From sequence record DRR723986_622: a stretch of 64,000 nt of DNA; one strand, given 5' to 3'. Positions 62,350 through 64,000 of this stretch are shown in pieces; positions within the stretch are counted from its first letter, which is position 1, and each line of letters begins with the position of its first letter. The translations under genes were made by a program, and so were the position numbers. The notes below the pieces were generated by a model, which was not told where the DNA came from, did no database searches, and saw nothing but the letters and a program-made list of their open reading frames with translations.

Positions 62350-63417
62350 TTACAGGTTATAGCTTTCTTCATAGATTTTTTTCAAAGCATTTATAAAGGC
62401 TTCATTCTCGGCTCTAGTTCCCACAGAGATTCGAAGGCATTCCTCGCAAAGCTGTACTTTTGATCTATTCCTGACAATGATTTTTTCTTCAATCAAATCG
62501 TCGTACACATGGCTAGCATTAGGTATTTGTACCAAAAGGAAGTTGGCATGTGAAGGATGGATTTTCTGCACAAAATCCAGTTTGCTCATTTCTTCTTTAA
62601 GGAAATCACGTTCCTGAAGTATATCGGCAATCATAGAATTGACCTTATCTACTTTTTGTATTGAAGCCAAGACAGTCTCCTGAGTCAATCCAGAGATATT
62701 ATAAGGTGGCTTAATACGATTTAGAATTTTGATCATTTTTTTACTGGCAAAAGCCATCCCAAGTCGTAGAGAAGCGAGTCCCCAGGCTTTTGAGAAAGTT
62801 TGCATTACCAGGAGATTTCCGAATTCTTCCATGTGGGTAGTAAAGCTTGGCTCATCACTGAAGTCAATATAAGCTTCATCCACAACGACCAAGCCTCTGA
62901 ATTCGCGAAGCAACCTTAGTATATCTTCACGGTTTACCTTATTTCCACTTGGGTTATTCGGTGAGCAGACGAAGATAATCTTGGTATTTTCGTCGACTGC
63001 TTTCAAAATCAAATCCGGCTGAAGCTGGAAATCTGGAGTCAATGGGATTTTGCGTGTTTCCACATCATTGATTCCTGCACTCACCTCATACATTCCGTAA
63101 GTAGGAGGAAGTAGGATTACATTGTCTTTTCCAGGATTGCAAAATGCTCTAAATAGCAAGTCTATCGCCTCATCAGAGCCATTTCCTAAGAAGATTTGGG
63201 ATGCTTTCACCTTCTTGATTTTGGCGATTTCATCCTTTAGTTCCAACTGATAGGGATCAGGATAGCGATTATAATCTGCATCTGTCACTGATCCGTATGG
63301 GTTTTCATTTGCATCCAAAAATATGCCCTCTTTGCCGGTATATTCATCACGAGCGGAGGTATATGGAAGAAGGTTTACGATGTGAGGTCTAAGTAATGGG
63401 GTTAAGTCAAACTTCAT
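62350..63417 (-). CDS. hisC: Histidinol-phosphate aminotransferase
   Basis: LDANENP, RYPDP, GNGSDE, SPNNPSG, DEAY, TFSKAWGLASLRLG. Confidence 0.96.
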   Translation of the reverse strand: MKFDLTPLLRPHIVNLLPYTSARDEYTGKEGIFLDANENPYGSVTDADYNRYPDPYQLELKDEIAKIKKVKASQIFLGNGSDEAIDLLFRAFCNPGKDNVILLPPTYGMYEVSAGINDVETRKIPLTPDFQLQPDLILKAVDENTKIIFVCSPNNPSGNKVNREDILRLLREFRGLVVVDEAYIDFSDEPSFTTHMEEFGNLLVMQTFSKAWGLASLRLGMAFASKKMIKILNRIKPPYNISGLTQETVLASIQKVDKVNSMIADILQERDFLKEEMSKLDFVQKIHPSHANFLLVQIPNASHVYDDLIEEKIIVRNRSKVQLCEECLRISVGTRAENEAFINALKKIYEESYNL

Positions 63418-64000
63418 TTCTTCTGTTTTTTAAGATGTTTGAGTCTTATTGATACGGCATTTTTGTGTGCCTCTAGTAATTCATTTTCTGCCATTATTTC
63501 AATGGTAGGTCCTATGTTTTTCAATCCTTCAGGAGAGATTTTTTGATAGGTAATTTTCTTCACAAAGCTATCCAGAGATACGCCACTATAATTTCTTGCA
63601 TAGCCGTAAGTCGGCAATGTATGATTTGTACCGGATGCATAATCCCCGGCTGATTCCGGTGTGTAGTTTCCAATGAAAACAGATCCTGCATTATAAACGG
63701 CATTGACTGCTTCATCTTCCTGCGTAACACTTATAATCAAATGCTCTGGTGCGTAGAAATTTATAAGTTCCATAGCTTTTTCTGCGCTGTCAATAATCAC
63801 AGCTCTGGAATTTGCAAGAGCTTTTTTAGCAATATCCTTCCTCGGTAGCTCTTCCAGTTGCTCATCTATTTCTTTGATGACTCGCTTTGCAAATTTCTCA
63901 GTATCAGTCACCAAAATAACCTGGCTATCCACGCCATGCTCTGCTTGGGAAAGTAAGTCTGCAGCTACAAAGGCTGGATTTGCTGATTCATCAGCATAAA
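63414..64000 (-). CDS. hisD: Histidinol dehydrogenase (3' part; 5' end lies beyond the window)
   Basis: Frame stays open to the window edge (NPAFVAADLLSQAEHG); APEHL, ESAGDYASGTNHTLPT, LEAHKNAV. Confidence 0.96.
   Translation of the reverse strand, partial: YADESANPAFVAADLLSQAEHGVDSQVILVTDTEKFAKRVIKEIDEQLEELPRKDIAKKALANSRAVIIDSAEKAMELINFYAPEHLIISVTQEDEAVNAVYNAGSVFIGNYTPESAGDYASGTNHTLPTYGYARNYSGVSLDSFVKKITYQKISPEGLKNIGPTIEIMAENELLEAHKNAVSIRLKHLKKQKK

Overview
AT-rich chromosomal segment from a Bacteroidota genome. Gene content and order (yceD-rpmF-fabH-efp-accB-accC, icmF, fused hisB) and repeated TAnnTTTG promoter elements suggest Cytophagales, probably a Cyclobacteriaceae/Algoriphagus-like organism; this is inference, not a database result. 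About 53 CDSs are present, mostly housekeeping: msrB, gyrB, ppk1, ppk2, acc/fab genes, pdxA, rsmA, mgtE, greA, icmF, cinA, folA, fmt and hisD/C/B. Several poorly understood modules are interleaved. (i) An exported DUF1080-PA14 protein is paired with a beta-propeller dehydrogenase-like protein tethered to an azurin/auracyanin copper domain. (ii) A three-gene operon encodes a planctomycete-type PSD1/cytochrome c lipoprotein, a Tat DUF1501 protein and a membrane cytochrome/LRR protein. (iii) A Cache-domain lipoprotein is translationally coupled to an orphan hybrid histidine kinase. (iv) A DUF202-SLC13 pair converges on ppk1. Non-coding signals include a candidate sRNA of about 70 nt, a terminator-containing greA leader, a 43-bp IS3-like miniature element inside a terminator, and heptamer micro-repeats. 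No rRNA, tRNA, CRISPR array, transposase or prophage was seen. All family assignments come from motif recognition by eye and were not confirmed by searches.
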